IMG/VR virus record: IMGVR_UViG_3300039000_000007
Location: 1-53,629 of that record
Strand: one strand, 5' to 3'
DNA length: 53,629 nt
Source of the DNA: a virus
Lineage: Duplodnaviria; Caudoviricetes
Program-made: the position numbers and the translations under genes
Part shown: piece after piece, positions 1 through 10,207 of the stretch
How positions within the stretch are numbered: position 1 is the first letter of the stretch
Layout: the number at the start of each line of letters is the position of its first letter
The notes under the pieces: model-generated
What the model was told of the DNA's origin: nothing
Seen by the model: only the letters and a program-made list of their open reading frames with translations
Database searches by the model: none

Positions 1-1073
1 CCGGCAATGTGTCCTGCGGTTGCGGGTGCGGAGGCAGCCGTGATGATGGTGTTCTTGCCGTTGGCTGTTGTCTGGGCAGTGTTGGCGGTGTTGATAGCAG
101 TGTTCGCAAGAGTATTAGCCGAGGCCGCAACATTGTTGGCCGAGATAGCCGTGCTCTGCGCTGAAACGGCCACATTGTTGGCAGAAACTGCAACACTATT
201 GGCGGATATTGCGACAGTGTTGGCCGAAATAGCCATACTATTGGCGGAGACAGCTGTGCTAGTGGCAGAAGCTGCCACAGTATTAGCGGAAGCTGCGACA
301 CTCTGGGCACTTAGTGCTGTAGCCTTCGCATCGATGGCGGCTTGGTCTTCGGTACTGGTCCAGACAGCTCCGTCCCAGCGATAAGGCTTGTTTCCTTCTG
401 AGGTGTTGAACCAGATATCACCTACAACGAAGGATCCTGCCGGAGCGGTGGTCCCTGAGTAGATAGAGTTTTTCTTGGAGATGGCCAGACCCGCAGCATT
501 AAGGGCTGCCTGATTGGCTGCGAGCTGTGCTGCAAGCCCCGTGTCATCGAGGATCGACGCGACAGTGAGAGGGGCTGTAGCGATACTTGAGCCCGACTCG
601 TTGCCGTTTTGGTCTACGGAAGTGAGCCAGAAGACCCACTGGTCCCCTCCGATCAGTCCGGTGTATACGATGGAGTCCTGAGGGTTCCTCACAGAGCCTG
701 CAAGCAGGACAGAGGGGCTTCCAACCTTCTGTGCGTACACATTGCAGTGGTCATAGTCTGGGGGCAGTACAGCGCCAGCCAGCAGCGATCCGTCCCAGAC
801 GATTGTGATGGTTCCAAGTGCGCTGGAGACGTGGGGGGCATTAGGGACAGGAGGGGGTGTGATATCACCAACAAACTGCTGGAAGCCGACAGTCCCGTCC
901 GGGAGCTGACCAAAGACTGCCGAGACCCCGGTACTAGGATCGGTAGTGGTCAGAGTCTGACGAATCACAACGTTACCGGAGGCGCGGGTCTCCTGTTGTG
1001 TTACACGTCCCTCAATGCTCTTGAGGATATTAGCGAGCCCACCGGCACTAGGGTCTAGGCGTCTAACTTCCAT
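1..1073 (-). CDS. Minor tail / tail fibre protein (partial, runs off window start)
   Basis: ATG at 1073 (MEVRRLDPSAGG...) overlaps the stop of the upstream tail gene. The distal part reads DIWFNTSEGNKPYRWDGAVW, then heptad xAxSANx repeats, then TANGKNTI, which is typical of actinophage tail proteins. It is absent from the ORF track because there is no stop in the window. Confidence 0.8.
   Translation of the reverse strand, partial: MEVRRLDPSAGGLANILKSIEGRVTQQETRASGNVVIRQTLTTTDPSTGVSAVFGQLPDGTVGFQQFVGDITPPPVPNAPHVSSALGTITIVWDGSLLAGAVLPPDYDHCNVYAQKVGSPSVLLAGSVRNPQDSIVYTGLIGGDQWVFWLTSVDQNGNESGSSIATAPLTVASILDDTGLAAQLAANQAALNAAGLAISKKNSIYSGTTAPAGSFVVGDIWFNTSEGNKPYRWDGAVWTSTEDQAAIDAKATALSAQSVAASANTVAASATSTAVSANSMAISANTVAISANSVAVSANNVAVSAQSTAISANNVAASANTLANTAINTANTAQTTANGKNTIITAASAPATAGHIA
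80..325 (-). repeat. Degenerate 21-nt coding repeat (about 11 heptads such as VAISANT/VAVSANN), coiled-coil stalk
   Basis: Translation: SVAASANTVAASATSTAVSANSMAISANTVAISANSVAVSANNVAVSAQSTAISANNVAASANT. Confidence 0.8.
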
Positions 1074-2211
1074 TGTAATTCTCCGGTTGTAGGTTGAGCT
1101 TTATACTTGAAGCAGTTGAAAGATCGCCTGACATATGCAGCAATCTGCAGCGGTGCCGACCATCTTTGAAGGTGAGCCAGTCTTTTGTAAAGACATCCAT
1201 GGCGTCCCCCGACCAGTAGCTTCCGAACTTGTAGACCCCGTTTGTGTGTACAGTGAGGGTTATCTCGCGGAGCATGTCTGTATTTGCTTCGAGAACTCCG
1301 TCACCATGCGCCTTCACGACATCCGGGTTGGGGCTCTGCGAGATGGATATAGTAGACTCCAGCAAGGGGTAGCCCTGAAGAAGTGGTGCAGGGTTCTCTG
1401 AAACGGTGATGACTGTACCCTGATCGGTCCCTGCCCCAGTACTGAAGACACGGTTAGTCATGTAAGACCCTGTAGACACAACGCTGAGGTCAGCAACCTG
1501 ACCCGTGGCGGCATCTGTATCCCACACAAGCAGGTTATTCTGGGCTATACGCGGCTGGCCCTCTGTCCCTGTCCAGAAATCCCACATAAGTCTGGACGAA
1601 TCCAGAAGGCGGGGTTTGAACATGATGTCCGGACCACGGGCCACCTTGGACAGGTCTGTCAGTAATTTGTCACAGTTGAGGTTTGCAATGTTGAAGCCCT
1701 CAAAGGTACGCTGGTGGTCTGCATCATCACCATACCCAAACTGGTCGGGGACAGGGAAAGAAATCGGTAGTGACCCACCGGCTTTATTCATTGAAGCCTG
1801 TACAGCTCGTTTAGCGATGGTGCCTAGAGACATATCCGAGTAGAACAGCTCACTTTTTGCGAGACCAGACCAATCCCTAAATTCCTGTGTGACAAATCGA
1901 TCGGTGAAGAGTATTCTAATACCAGAGCAGTCTAGTTTGATGTTGTTGAAGTCTTCGAGAGGCCTGCTGACGATGGGGCCAGCAAAAACCGGTACGTTGC
2001 GCCACATGAGCAGTATGCCTGCCCACCATGGTGAGAGCCAGTAGTTTAGATCGAGGTTTTTAGGTAGACTATTCTTTTTTACCAGAGTAGAAAGAGATTC
2101 AATACCGTTTAGCGGAATACCCCACGTAGTACCGTCTACATCGATTTGTGGGCCGATTCTGCCGGTAGTCGTCTGTATAAGAAAAGTCGTCCAGTCAGAG
2201 GACGTTGTCAC
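1063..2211 (-). CDS. Minor tail protein (tail-tip hub, ReqiPepy6 Gp37-like)
   Basis: 382 aa, downstream of the tape measure and Dit genes. Motifs PVFAGPIVSR, GPDIMFKP and GYPLLE resemble this family. Confidence 0.7.
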   Translation of the reverse strand: MTTSSDWTTFLIQTTTGRIGPQIDVDGTTWGIPLNGIESLSTLVKKNSLPKNLDLNYWLSPWWAGILLMWRNVPVFAGPIVSRPLEDFNNIKLDCSGIRILFTDRFVTQEFRDWSGLAKSELFYSDMSLGTIAKRAVQASMNKAGGSLPISFPVPDQFGYGDDADHQRTFEGFNIANLNCDKLLTDLSKVARGPDIMFKPRLLDSSRLMWDFWTGTEGQPRIAQNNLLVWDTDAATGQVADLSVVSTGSYMTNRVFSTGAGTDQGTVITVSENPAPLLQGYPLLESTISISQSPNPDVVKAHGDGVLEANTDMLREITLTVHTNGVYKFGSYWSGDAMDVFTKDWLTFKDGRHRCRLLHMSGDLSTASSIKLNLQPENYNGS

Positions 2212-3092
2212 TAGACCGCTACCCCGGCATCTGTGATTGTGAATTCGATGCCGCGACGACCAAATCCTTGACTGTCTCCGCCAAAGTGAGTTCCAGCGGT
2301 CGTGTTCCCGGTGATACGGAACATACCCAGATTTACGGAGTACCAGCCTGCACTCATTGGTATTGTAGCTTCAAAAATGTGTGTACCCCATGCCTGATGG
2401 AGTCCGGTTGTAGCCCACAAGACAAAGTCGCCCCCGTTATAGTTCGGGAGAAATCCATATTCGCAGTAGTGGTTGTTATCAAACCCTGTGGCACCGTCCG
2501 CGTAAAGGACGGCAACAACTTTCCATGTCACCTTGCGGTCCGTAGGCAGGTAGAAGGCCCCAGATCCGACCCGAGTCATCGAATTCGGAAGTGTGCCGGA
2601 TGTCATATACGTGTAAGAAAATAGTTGACCTAGCGAAGCACCATACGGTATAGAGTAATCAATATTCCCAGACACTGCTCCGGCGCTGGTATTGGTTGCT
2701 CCTGCGGGCTGAATATATGTATGGAGGAGGACTGCGCGAGCGGGGAGGGATGAACCATAATTGACGATAACGTTAGAATCACCCTCAATTGCGGGCGTGC
2801 GCTGCTGTGCGTAGATGATATCCGTACGCGAGCCTGAGGATGGAGCCGACAGGGCGGTTATAGTGGTGGCGGGGATCGGGATCAGTATGTGCTGTCCCTC
2901 AGCCATCATGACAGATGCCACCCCAGCGGTAATGTGGTATGTCATATCTGACGGGCTAGTTGTAACAAACGCCCCCGTAATAATCCCCGGAGTATAGAGA
3001 CTGCCAAAGATTTGCTGTATATCCTGTGAGGTAGTGCCAGAGGTTATAGTACTACCACTCTTTGTCGGGTCTACACCAAATCCTGATGTCAT
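2211..3092 (-). CDS. Minor tail protein
   Basis: 293 aa. The APSSGSRTDIIYA motif is typical of actinophage minor tail proteins; synteny agrees. Confidence 0.7.
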   Translation of the reverse strand: MTSGFGVDPTKSGSTITSGTTSQDIQQIFGSLYTPGIITGAFVTTSPSDMTYHITAGVASVMMAEGQHILIPIPATTITALSAPSSGSRTDIIYAQQRTPAIEGDSNVIVNYGSSLPARAVLLHTYIQPAGATNTSAGAVSGNIDYSIPYGASLGQLFSYTYMTSGTLPNSMTRVGSGAFYLPTDRKVTWKVVAVLYADGATGFDNNHYCEYGFLPNYNGGDFVLWATTGLHQAWGTHIFEATIPMSAGWYSVNLGMFRITGNTTAGTHFGGDSQGFGRRGIEFTITDAGVAV

Positions 3093-3105
3093 TTGAGATT
3101 CCTCA

Positions 3106-3975
3106 CTATATCCACGTGTCTCTAAAGATTATATCACACCAACCATTCGTGTTTTGTGTTGGGATAAAGGAAGGCTGTACTGTTTGCCCCGGCTGGACAG
3201 CAAACCAGTCCCTTCTCGATAGAAAAGTAGATCGATCATTATTATTCTGGGTAGCGTAGCCCCCGCTGGAGTCAATAACCACTGGTGAACTCGTCGTTAC
3301 TGCGCCTGTGTATACGATAAATGACCCTAGGTTATCCGTAATTGTGAATCCGCCCGGGTAATCCCCGGTAATCTTGAATGAAGGCCACGCCTCATTGTTC
3401 CCGTTGTTGTACACATACTGGGACTGCAGGGCAACCGCAACCCCGAAATCAAGTGGGTACGATATCGGCGTGTCTAGGCCACCACCTAATGGTGCCCCCA
3501 GACCAGCAGATCCGCCGAGGGTGATTGTTCTCGTAGGGCCGTAAATATTAGGGTCGGGGGCATAGAAATCAATCTTGAAAGTCGCCACGTTATCGAGCTG
3601 ACGGACCCAACTAGTTTTACCGCCGATAGTGACCGTCGCGGATCTGGTGCTCCCGGAGTCAGTTACGGTCAGTGTCTCGTACGCTTTCGGCAATACCATA
3701 CCGGTAAAGTTGTCGCGCATCTTCAGCAGCTCCTGAGCATTGGCTGCGATTGCGGTGCCCGTGAAGCTGATGTAGCGTGATGCATGTCGACCAGCCTCTA
3801 GGAAGTCACCAGCGCGGATCTGACGCGGTGTAAAGCTGCGTCGGATATCTACGCCGTCCTGCCAACCAACGACCGCTGTAGGGTCCAGCAGGTATTGCGG
3901 GCCTACAGATGTTTTATAGGAGCGCATAGTGACACTACCGACGGTCGCCACTATTTTATCGGTACTCAGATACAT
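3106..3975 (-). CDS. Distal tail (Dit-like) protein
   Basis: 289 aa directly after the tape measure. Motifs FYAPDP, YPLDFG, NNGNNEAWP and a C-terminal RDTWI. Confidence 0.75.
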   Translation of the reverse strand: MYLSTDKIVATVGSVTMRSYKTSVGPQYLLDPTAVVGWQDGVDIRRSFTPRQIRAGDFLEAGRHASRYISFTGTAIAANAQELLKMRDNFTGMVLPKAYETLTVTDSGSTRSATVTIGGKTSWVRQLDNVATFKIDFYAPDPNIYGPTRTITLGGSAGLGAPLGGGLDTPISYPLDFGVAVALQSQYVYNNGNNEAWPSFKITGDYPGGFTITDNLGSFIVYTGAVTTSSPVVIDSSGGYATQNNNDRSTFLSRRDWFAVQPGQTVQPSFIPTQNTNGWCDIIFRDTWI

Positions 3976-3983
3976 GACATTCC

Positions 3984-6900
3984 TTAGCGGTTAACGAAGT
4001 TCCAGTAGAGTTCGCTTGCGGCCATCTGACCGACCTGCTTCTCGTTGAGCGGAGCGGATGGGTAGACGTTGACAGTGGGGGTGATTACTGTTCGGCCAGC
4101 ACCTATGGACTGTGCGTTGGCGGCGGCTGCAAAGATATCTACTGGTCCTTGTGACTGGGCCGAGAAGATGTTGGGGTTGCTGGTAGTGCTTGAGGTCAGG
4201 TTTACCGCCATGGTGGCGTCCGACATTGTGGATTTGACGAGGTCGGTCACATTGGTAAGGGTCTTCTGTAGACCTCCCATTGATCCTTCGATACCCTGTT
4301 TTAGGCCACCCATGATCCAACCACCGTGCGGAACGAGCAGTGCGCGGTCATAGGCTTCAGGCCCCTTGTGCTGGGCGATCCAGTCGGCGACACCGCCTAC
4401 CATATCCTGTACACCCTTGAATCCTGCGTTAAGGCCACCAAGGAACCCGTCCATGATCGCCTGACCGGCATGGGCAAGAAGCCCACCCAAATCTCCAATA
4501 GCACCTGTGATCCGCCCGCCAACTCCCGTGATCCATCCGATCACGGTGTCTATGCCGGTCGTCACGGCATTGGTAGCGTTAGTCCACATATCCTGAAACG
4601 TTGAGACAACATTGCCCCCAAAGTCGGCAAACATACCGATAGTGTTGTTGACAAAACCTCCGACGGATGCAATGAATCCGTCGAGGAAAGCCCGCGTCTC
4701 ACCCGTTGTTTGGGCGTAGTAGTCGGTGAACATGCCGATGAGGCCAGCAACCCAGCCGGAAACCATTCCCACTGTATTGGATATGAAATCGTTCCACATT
4801 CCGAAGATACCGCCGAAGAAATCACCGAACATGCCTAATGTATTGGCGACAAAATCATTAAACATACCATTGGTCTGTTTGTTGAACTCATTAACAGTGT
4901 CTGGAATGTTTTTAGTGAAGAAGTCAGAGAACATGCCCAGTGTATTGTTGAAGAAGTCCATAAACATACCGTTGGTTCTGGTATTGAAGTCCCTAATCAT
5001 CCCCATGGTATTGACTACGAAGGTGGCTACGGTATTCGGCAGGTTGTTCCAGAAATCAGTGAACATACCTATGGTGTTGGTGAAGAAGTCCTTGAACATT
5101 CCCACTGTATTCACAACGAATTTCATGATGGCGGCTTTGGCATCCGCCTCGAACTGTCCAATATGTACTGCCATATCCATGGCCCATTTGACGACCGTGT
5201 TGATAATACCATCTCGCCAGTTCTGGAATCCCTGTATAACATCGGTAAAGAACTTTATGAAATTGATCGCGGCGTTAACTGCCCAATCGATGGTAGTGTT
5301 TCTGATCTGTACGAAGAATTGGGTAATCGTAACAATGAGGTTGACGCCCCAATCAGTGATAGCCTTGATAGTCCCATCTACGAACTTGTGGACCTCGCCG
5401 ATGGGGTCGTGGGCAAAGCCTTTAAATCCTTCGACTACCTTGTTGAAGAAGTCAGTAAACATACCGACGGTGTTGGTGAAGAAGTCCACAAACATACCAA
5501 CGGTTCGTGCCCCCCAGTCCCTCACCATTCCGACGGTGTTATTGAAGAAGTCGACAAACATACCGACGCTGCGGGTTCCCCAGTCTACAATCATCCCGAC
5601 GGTGTTATTGAAGAAGTCTACGAACATACCAACAGTGTTAGTGAAGAAATCTCTGAACATCCCAATGGTGTTATTGAAGAAATCTACAAACATGCCAAGG
5701 GTATTCTTACCGAAGTCGGCGAACATACCTATAGTCTGGTTAACCCACTCACCTAGACCGCTAGAAGTGACGAAGTCAGATATAGCTTTCGTAATTGTGT
5801 CCCAGTTGGCAACCAATAATACGATAATTGCGATGAGAGCCGCTATACCGAGTACGATAAGCCCAACTGGGTTGGCATCCATTGCAAAATTCCACAGCCA
5901 TTGGGCAGCGGCTGCAATCTTTGCTCTTTCCGTATACAACTCAGTGACTAAGAGTATGCCCTTCATTATCCCGGCGATCGGACCAATTATTGCATTGAAT
6001 ATTACGAAGGATAGCACTGCAATAGCAATACCGCCCGCAAGTATTACTCCTGCCCCCTTCATATCTAGGAATCCATTTATCAGATCCAGAATGGGGTTGA
6101 GTATAGGCTCTATTGCCTTGAAAAGTTTATCAAGGCCGCTAAGTAATCCGGGGAGTACGGACAAGACAACAGGTATGGCTTTGGCCCCAATTTCGATGAT
6201 CTTCTCGATAATCGGAGTAACATGGGTAATCAAATCACCAAAAATAGGTGCCAACTTGCTTATGGCATCGCCCATCGCGGCTGCCATCGGGGGCAGTGCC
6301 TTGCCTGCAGCATCTGCTAAAGTCTTTAGCGCAGGTAAGACTGATCCGGTGAGCAGTGCAATCAAAGGAGGAAATGCTGTTTTTACGAGAATACCAATGG
6401 CAGGTGCCAGTGCGTCAACAACTGCAGTTGTGATATCACCGAGGGGTTGAATCAAAGGAATAATGTCGGACAGCAGTGAGGCAACGAGCGGGAGTATTTG
6501 AATGACCGCGTTAGCGAAGACCCCGCCAAGAGAGTCAGCCAGTTTACCGATTACCGTGAAGAAGATACCTAGCTTGTCGCCGATAGGACCAGTAGCTGCA
6601 GCGAAGTGATCAAGACCGAGTACAATTCCACCGAAAAGATCCTGAATACCCTTGAAGAGGGTAGGATTACTGAGGATGGAACCGAAGAATGTGAGAACAT
6701 TATGGATGGCAATGCCGACATCCTGCTCAACCACCTTGAGGGCGGGGGATAGGTACCCAACACCCTTGAGGAAATTACCAAGCCCGTCGATGGCTGATTT
6801 CATGGCAATGTTTGCACCGCTGAAGATATTCACCAGTGCTGCCTGGACTGCAGGCTCCCGTACCACGGCTGCGAAGCGTTCCATGGTCAAGCTAAGGATA

Positions 6901-8303
6901 CCCAGTGAGGCACCGCCAGCGTCGGTAGCGGCCTTCATCAGCCCACCGATCACACTGGCAGTGTTGCCGACCACCCCGGCTAGGTCTTTGAATCCCTGCA
7001 CGCCACCGTCTACCCAGCGCTTCAGGGTGCCGTCAGCATTGGCCTTTGTCAGGAATGCGTCAAAGGTCTGCGAAACATTGAGGAAACTCTGGGCCAGCTT
7101 AGGTAGGTATGCCGAACCGAATTCGCCCAGAGTCTGGATGATATGAAGAAAAGTGGACGACCCACTGGTGGTAATTTCGATGGACTTCTTGAGGTTGTCG
7201 AAGTCACCGGCCATTGCCTTTGCAAAGGTTCCCTTGGACATACCCTCAAACATCGTGCCCCAGAAGGTACCCAGCACCTTGGACGTACTGACAAGCTCCG
7301 AACGCAGCACAGAAGTGGGGGCTACGAGGTCCATCAGCCCCGTACGGGCCGTTGACCAGAAGTCCTGACTGATCATGGCTCTGAGGTCTTGGAACTCCTT
7401 GTAGACGTCAGGGACGGCTTTCTTCATATCGCCGAAGGCAATCGTTGTCAGCTTCATTCCGATGACGAAGCCCGTCAGTATTCCGGGCAACGCAACAGCT
7501 ACCCCGCCTAGCTCTCCGATACTGCTGGCAAGGCTGAGAATGTTACCTGCGGCGAAGGACGCCCCGGTGGCCATGGCCCCGAACTTCTCCGCTGCAAGCG
7601 CTATTTGTGGTACCTCATTGCCAAGGTTGATCTTGAATCCGATGAGCTCCTTGGTAAGTTCGAGCAAGGCTCCCCCACCGCTGAGTCCGTCCAAGAACCT
7701 GACGACATTCTTACTGGAGCTGCTGGCTTGATCGCCAGCGTTCTTCAGCGCTTGGCCGAAGAAAGTGAGCTTGAGGTTTGCCTTATCCAGTTCTTTGCTG
7801 GTGGCGGATAGGGCATTCTCTATCTCACCAATGGGGCCTTTACCATTACCGACAGCAACAGGAATAGTTATCGGCTTGAGCTTGGCTATCGCATCGAGCT
7901 TGGCCCGGAGCGCCTCCATCTTGGTGATCGCCACAGCTTCATCAACGTCGACAGATACGTCGATATGACGTCCATCTTCACCATCAATGAATTCGTCTAC
8001 GTGTGCTCGTGCGCCGACAGTATCGACATTTATGTCGATGTGGGCTTCTTCGTGGTCGATTGTCTCGACCAGCGCCTCGATATGTGCCTCAGCCCCTAGG
8101 GTATCCGCCGCGACATTGACATTGATTGTGTGTATGTTGCCCCACTCGACCAGTAGGTCGATTTGCGCTTCTGCAGCAGTTGTGTCAGCATTGACATGTA
8201 CGTTAATGGTGTCCGGCAAGGTTGCCAGAGCCTTCTTGATGTCGGCTTCGAGGTGGTCGGTGATTGCACGGATGTCTACATACGCTGATCCGATAATTGT
8301 CAT
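3984..8303 (-). CDS. Tape measure protein
   Basis: 1439 aa with N-terminal IGSAYVDI, AMDANPVGLIV...NWDTI motif, 11-aa aromatic repeats and C-terminal HKGP...LLVPHG..IM.GL. Confidence 0.93.
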   Translation of the reverse strand: MTIIGSAYVDIRAITDHLEADIKKALATLPDTINVHVNADTTAAEAQIDLLVEWGNIHTINVNVAADTLGAEAHIEALVETIDHEEAHIDINVDTVGARAHVDEFIDGEDGRHIDVSVDVDEAVAITKMEALRAKLDAIAKLKPITIPVAVGNGKGPIGEIENALSATSKELDKANLKLTFFGQALKNAGDQASSSSKNVVRFLDGLSGGGALLELTKELIGFKINLGNEVPQIALAAEKFGAMATGASFAAGNILSLASSIGELGGVAVALPGILTGFVIGMKLTTIAFGDMKKAVPDVYKEFQDLRAMISQDFWSTARTGLMDLVAPTSVLRSELVSTSKVLGTFWGTMFEGMSKGTFAKAMAGDFDNLKKSIEITTSGSSTFLHIIQTLGEFGSAYLPKLAQSFLNVSQTFDAFLTKANADGTLKRWVDGGVQGFKDLAGVVGNTASVIGGLMKAATDAGGASLGILSLTMERFAAVVREPAVQAALVNIFSGANIAMKSAIDGLGNFLKGVGYLSPALKVVEQDVGIAIHNVLTFFGSILSNPTLFKGIQDLFGGIVLGLDHFAAATGPIGDKLGIFFTVIGKLADSLGGVFANAVIQILPLVASLLSDIIPLIQPLGDITTAVVDALAPAIGILVKTAFPPLIALLTGSVLPALKTLADAAGKALPPMAAAMGDAISKLAPIFGDLITHVTPIIEKIIEIGAKAIPVVLSVLPGLLSGLDKLFKAIEPILNPILDLINGFLDMKGAGVILAGGIAIAVLSFVIFNAIIGPIAGIMKGILLVTELYTERAKIAAAAQWLWNFAMDANPVGLIVLGIAALIAIIVLLVANWDTITKAISDFVTSSGLGEWVNQTIGMFADFGKNTLGMFVDFFNNTIGMFRDFFTNTVGMFVDFFNNTVGMIVDWGTRSVGMFVDFFNNTVGMVRDWGARTVGMFVDFFTNTVGMFTDFFNKVVEGFKGFAHDPIGEVHKFVDGTIKAITDWGVNLIVTITQFFVQIRNTTIDWAVNAAINFIKFFTDVIQGFQNWRDGIINTVVKWAMDMAVHIGQFEADAKAAIMKFVVNTVGMFKDFFTNTIGMFTDFWNNLPNTVATFVVNTMGMIRDFNTRTNGMFMDFFNNTLGMFSDFFTKNIPDTVNEFNKQTNGMFNDFVANTLGMFGDFFGGIFGMWNDFISNTVGMVSGWVAGLIGMFTDYYAQTTGETRAFLDGFIASVGGFVNNTIGMFADFGGNVVSTFQDMWTNATNAVTTGIDTVIGWITGVGGRITGAIGDLGGLLAHAGQAIMDGFLGGLNAGFKGVQDMVGGVADWIAQHKGPEAYDRALLVPHGGWIMGGLKQGIEGSMGGLQKTLTNVTDLVKSTMSDATMAVNLTSSTTSNPNIFSAQSQGPVDIFAAAANAQSIGAGRTVITPTVNVYPSAPLNEKQVGQMAASELYWNFVNR
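4600..5740 (-). repeat. 33-nt (11-aa) coding repeats, FFNNTVGMFVD-like, within the tape measure
   Basis: Many visible copies of NT(V/I/L)GMF(V/T/R)DFF. Confidence 0.85.
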
Positions 8304-8319
8304 GCCCTACAACCTCACG

Positions 8320-8681
8320 CTAACCCATTGGGGGCTCAAGACCGGGGAATCCGGCCTCATCTGCTTCTAGATAGTTATGAGGTTGCACACCACTCGATGA
8401 TACATAATCATCGAAGTCTTCGTCGTTTGAACTATCCTCAGCCCTAATTTTACCATACAAGTTTTTAATAACTGCTTTCATCTTGTGGCGTGGGTCATCA
8501 GTCCCACCGTCACGGACGCTCTCTTCGAGGATCACAGTATCAATAAGATTAAAGGAATTTTCGGCGTTGAGCCTGCATAGCAGCCTATACAGGTCAACAT
8601 TTTGTAGCCGATAAAAACCATCAACCCAGTTCCAAATAGACAGGAAGTGGCGTCCGACTGCTAGGACGCCTCGGTAGGGCG
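8320..8681 (-). CDS. Tail assembly chaperone, long-form C-terminal extension via probable -1 frameshift
   Basis: The -1 frame is open across the chaperone stop (...RGVLAVGRHFLSIWNWVDGFYRLQ...) and continues into ORF 8320-8535. Confidence 0.65.
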
Positions 8682-9023
8682 CGAGGTGTATGACTCGATT
8701 ACGAAGCCGACGATCTCGGAAATGGTCTTGATGTCAATCATATTCTTGGCGTCGTGGAGGACCACATCGAGTCGAGCCCACTCTTCAGCGGACATGACAG
8801 ACTTGAGGAACTTGGTCAGGGCCGCAGCAGTGGCACCCTTGTTGTCCGAGGTCGTTGCTTCGATGAATTCCAGCAGGATGATGCCCGGTGCTTCTGGCAG
8901 TACTTCGAAGCTTTCTCCGGCGATATCAAAACCAAGAGGTGCAACGACGACTCCTTCGCCCTCTGCAGCCTCTGCAGGTGTGGAGAATGAGCGGGTACGG
9001 ACTGGTAGGCGGGTTTCAGCCAT
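8661..9023 (-). CDS. Tail assembly chaperone (short form)
   Basis: 120 aa, two ORFs upstream of the tape measure, ends ...YTSRPTEAS. Confidence 0.75.
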   Translation of the reverse strand: MAETRLPVRTRSFSTPAEAAEGEGVVVAPLGFDIAGESFEVLPEAPGIILLEFIEATTSDNKGATAAALTKFLKSVMSAEEWARLDVVLHDAKNMIDIKTISEIVGFVIESYTSRPTEAS

Positions 9024-9046
9024 GTGTCTTTCCTAATTTCGTCAGT

Positions 9047-9430
9047 TTATTCAATAACTTTATTCAAGTTATCCGTCAAATATCGGTTGGGCTTTGTGCC
9101 CGGGTGATGCACAATCTTTGCATACACAATTTTACCATGGCTTGCAAACCGTAATGTACTTTTTGTACGCGGAAGGATGATATGCGGCTTAGTTCCTTCA
9201 TGGTGTAGAAAGGCAATAGCATTGTCTGAACCGATGGTGGCGATAACACCTTGGTGGTCTGCAGAAAGTGTGTACCCCATTGAGGCAGACAACTGTCCTG
9301 TCTTTTTTCCAACTTGTATTCTAGCAAGCAGAGTAAGAATAATGCTGCGGTGCTCAATATACTGCCCGACCATGCCGGTAGTTGTCTCGAATTCCTCGTG
9401 CCAGCCAGCCTCATTCTTCTGAAACTCCAT
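9047..9430 (-). CDS. HK97 gp10-like neck / tail completion protein
   Basis: KTGQLSASM, HHEGTKPHII and VHHPGTKPNRYL motifs. Confidence 0.7.
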   Translation of the reverse strand: MEFQKNEAGWHEEFETTTGMVGQYIEHRSIILTLLARIQVGKKTGQLSASMGYTLSADHQGVIATIGSDNAIAFLHHEGTKPHIILPRTKSTLRFASHGKIVYAKIVHHPGTKPNRYLTDNLNKVIE

Positions 9431-9431
9431 G

Positions 9432-9920
9432 CTAAATAACCAGCATCACATTCATGGTGACAGCTTGGAGCAGGCCGCTGGGCATACTGGCTGTGACGTC
9501 TGCTATGCCGGACTGCTCCCACGCATCCTCAAAGGACCTGCGTCCGGCCTCGATGAGAAGCTGGGCGTCCTGCATCTGGCTTATGGCCGTTGCGCTGACT
9601 ACGTCGTCGCTGGGCTCTGTACCTCTAGGTGTCATGCCCGGAAGATCACGGACCACCTCGACCACGAAGACAGCTGTCCATGGTTGGGTACGCTTCACAG
9701 GGAACTGTGACTGGTGCTGTGGCAGACCTGAGTATGCCTGCGCCCAAGATACTGTCACCTGTGCGGAGCTATGTACAGTCTGCCCCTGCCCACCGACAGC
9801 GAGGAACTGTCGTGTGGGGAGGGTCACACCGTTCTCGGTGAAGACCTCGTTTATCTTGTCAAGAATTAGCTGAGCCTTCTCAGAGATTCCTTCAAGGTAT
9901 ACGGGTGCGTCGAACGACAT
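9432..9920 (-). CDS. Tail terminator-like virion protein
   Basis: 162 aa, located in the head-tail connector block. Confidence 0.5.
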   Translation of the reverse strand: MSFDAPVYLEGISEKAQLILDKINEVFTENGVTLPTRQFLAVGGQGQTVHSSAQVTVSWAQAYSGLPQHQSQFPVKRTQPWTAVFVVEVVRDLPGMTPRGTEPSDDVVSATAISQMQDAQLLIEAGRRSFEDAWEQSGIADVTASMPSGLLQAVTMNVMLVI

Positions 9921-9928
9921 GGTATTCC

Positions 9929-10207
9929 TTAGAGTGTGACTAGGATCTTGATGAGGGACTTGCGAGCCTGTCCAGCCTCTTCAGCAGTGAGTGCGTGTAC
10001 TGCGCGGTCGTGGTCTGTACCAACCCATGCAAGGACCTCCGCGATCGTCCCTGTAGGTACGACGTCCTCTGCAGCAGGTACAGTAGGCTCTTCCGGAGCA
10101 GGCTCGGGGGCTGCAGGCACGGTGACTTCAGCCTCTGTTGGAACGGCTACCGGGGGGTAATAGACGTTCGGTGCTGCCGGATCTGCGTATGGGTCTGTAT
10201 CGCTCAA
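9929..10207 (-). CDS. Small virion-associated protein (Pro/Ala/Glu-rich N-terminus, helical C-terminal domain)
   Basis: 92 aa, overlaps the adaptor stop; GTIAEVLAWVG...ARKSLI. Confidence 0.65.
   Translation of the reverse strand: MSDTDPYADPAAPNVYYPPVAVPTEAEVTVPAAPEPAPEEPTVPAAEDVVPTGTIAEVLAWVGTDHDRAVHALTAEEAGQARKSLIKILVTL

Noticed and set aside
7-384. 125-aa plus-strand ORF with LAE repeats
   Set aside because: It mirrors the minus-strand heptad repeats of the tail protein
4726-6450. 574-aa plus-strand ORF
   Set aside because: It is the antisense shadow of the repetitive tape measure gene and has no independent protein features
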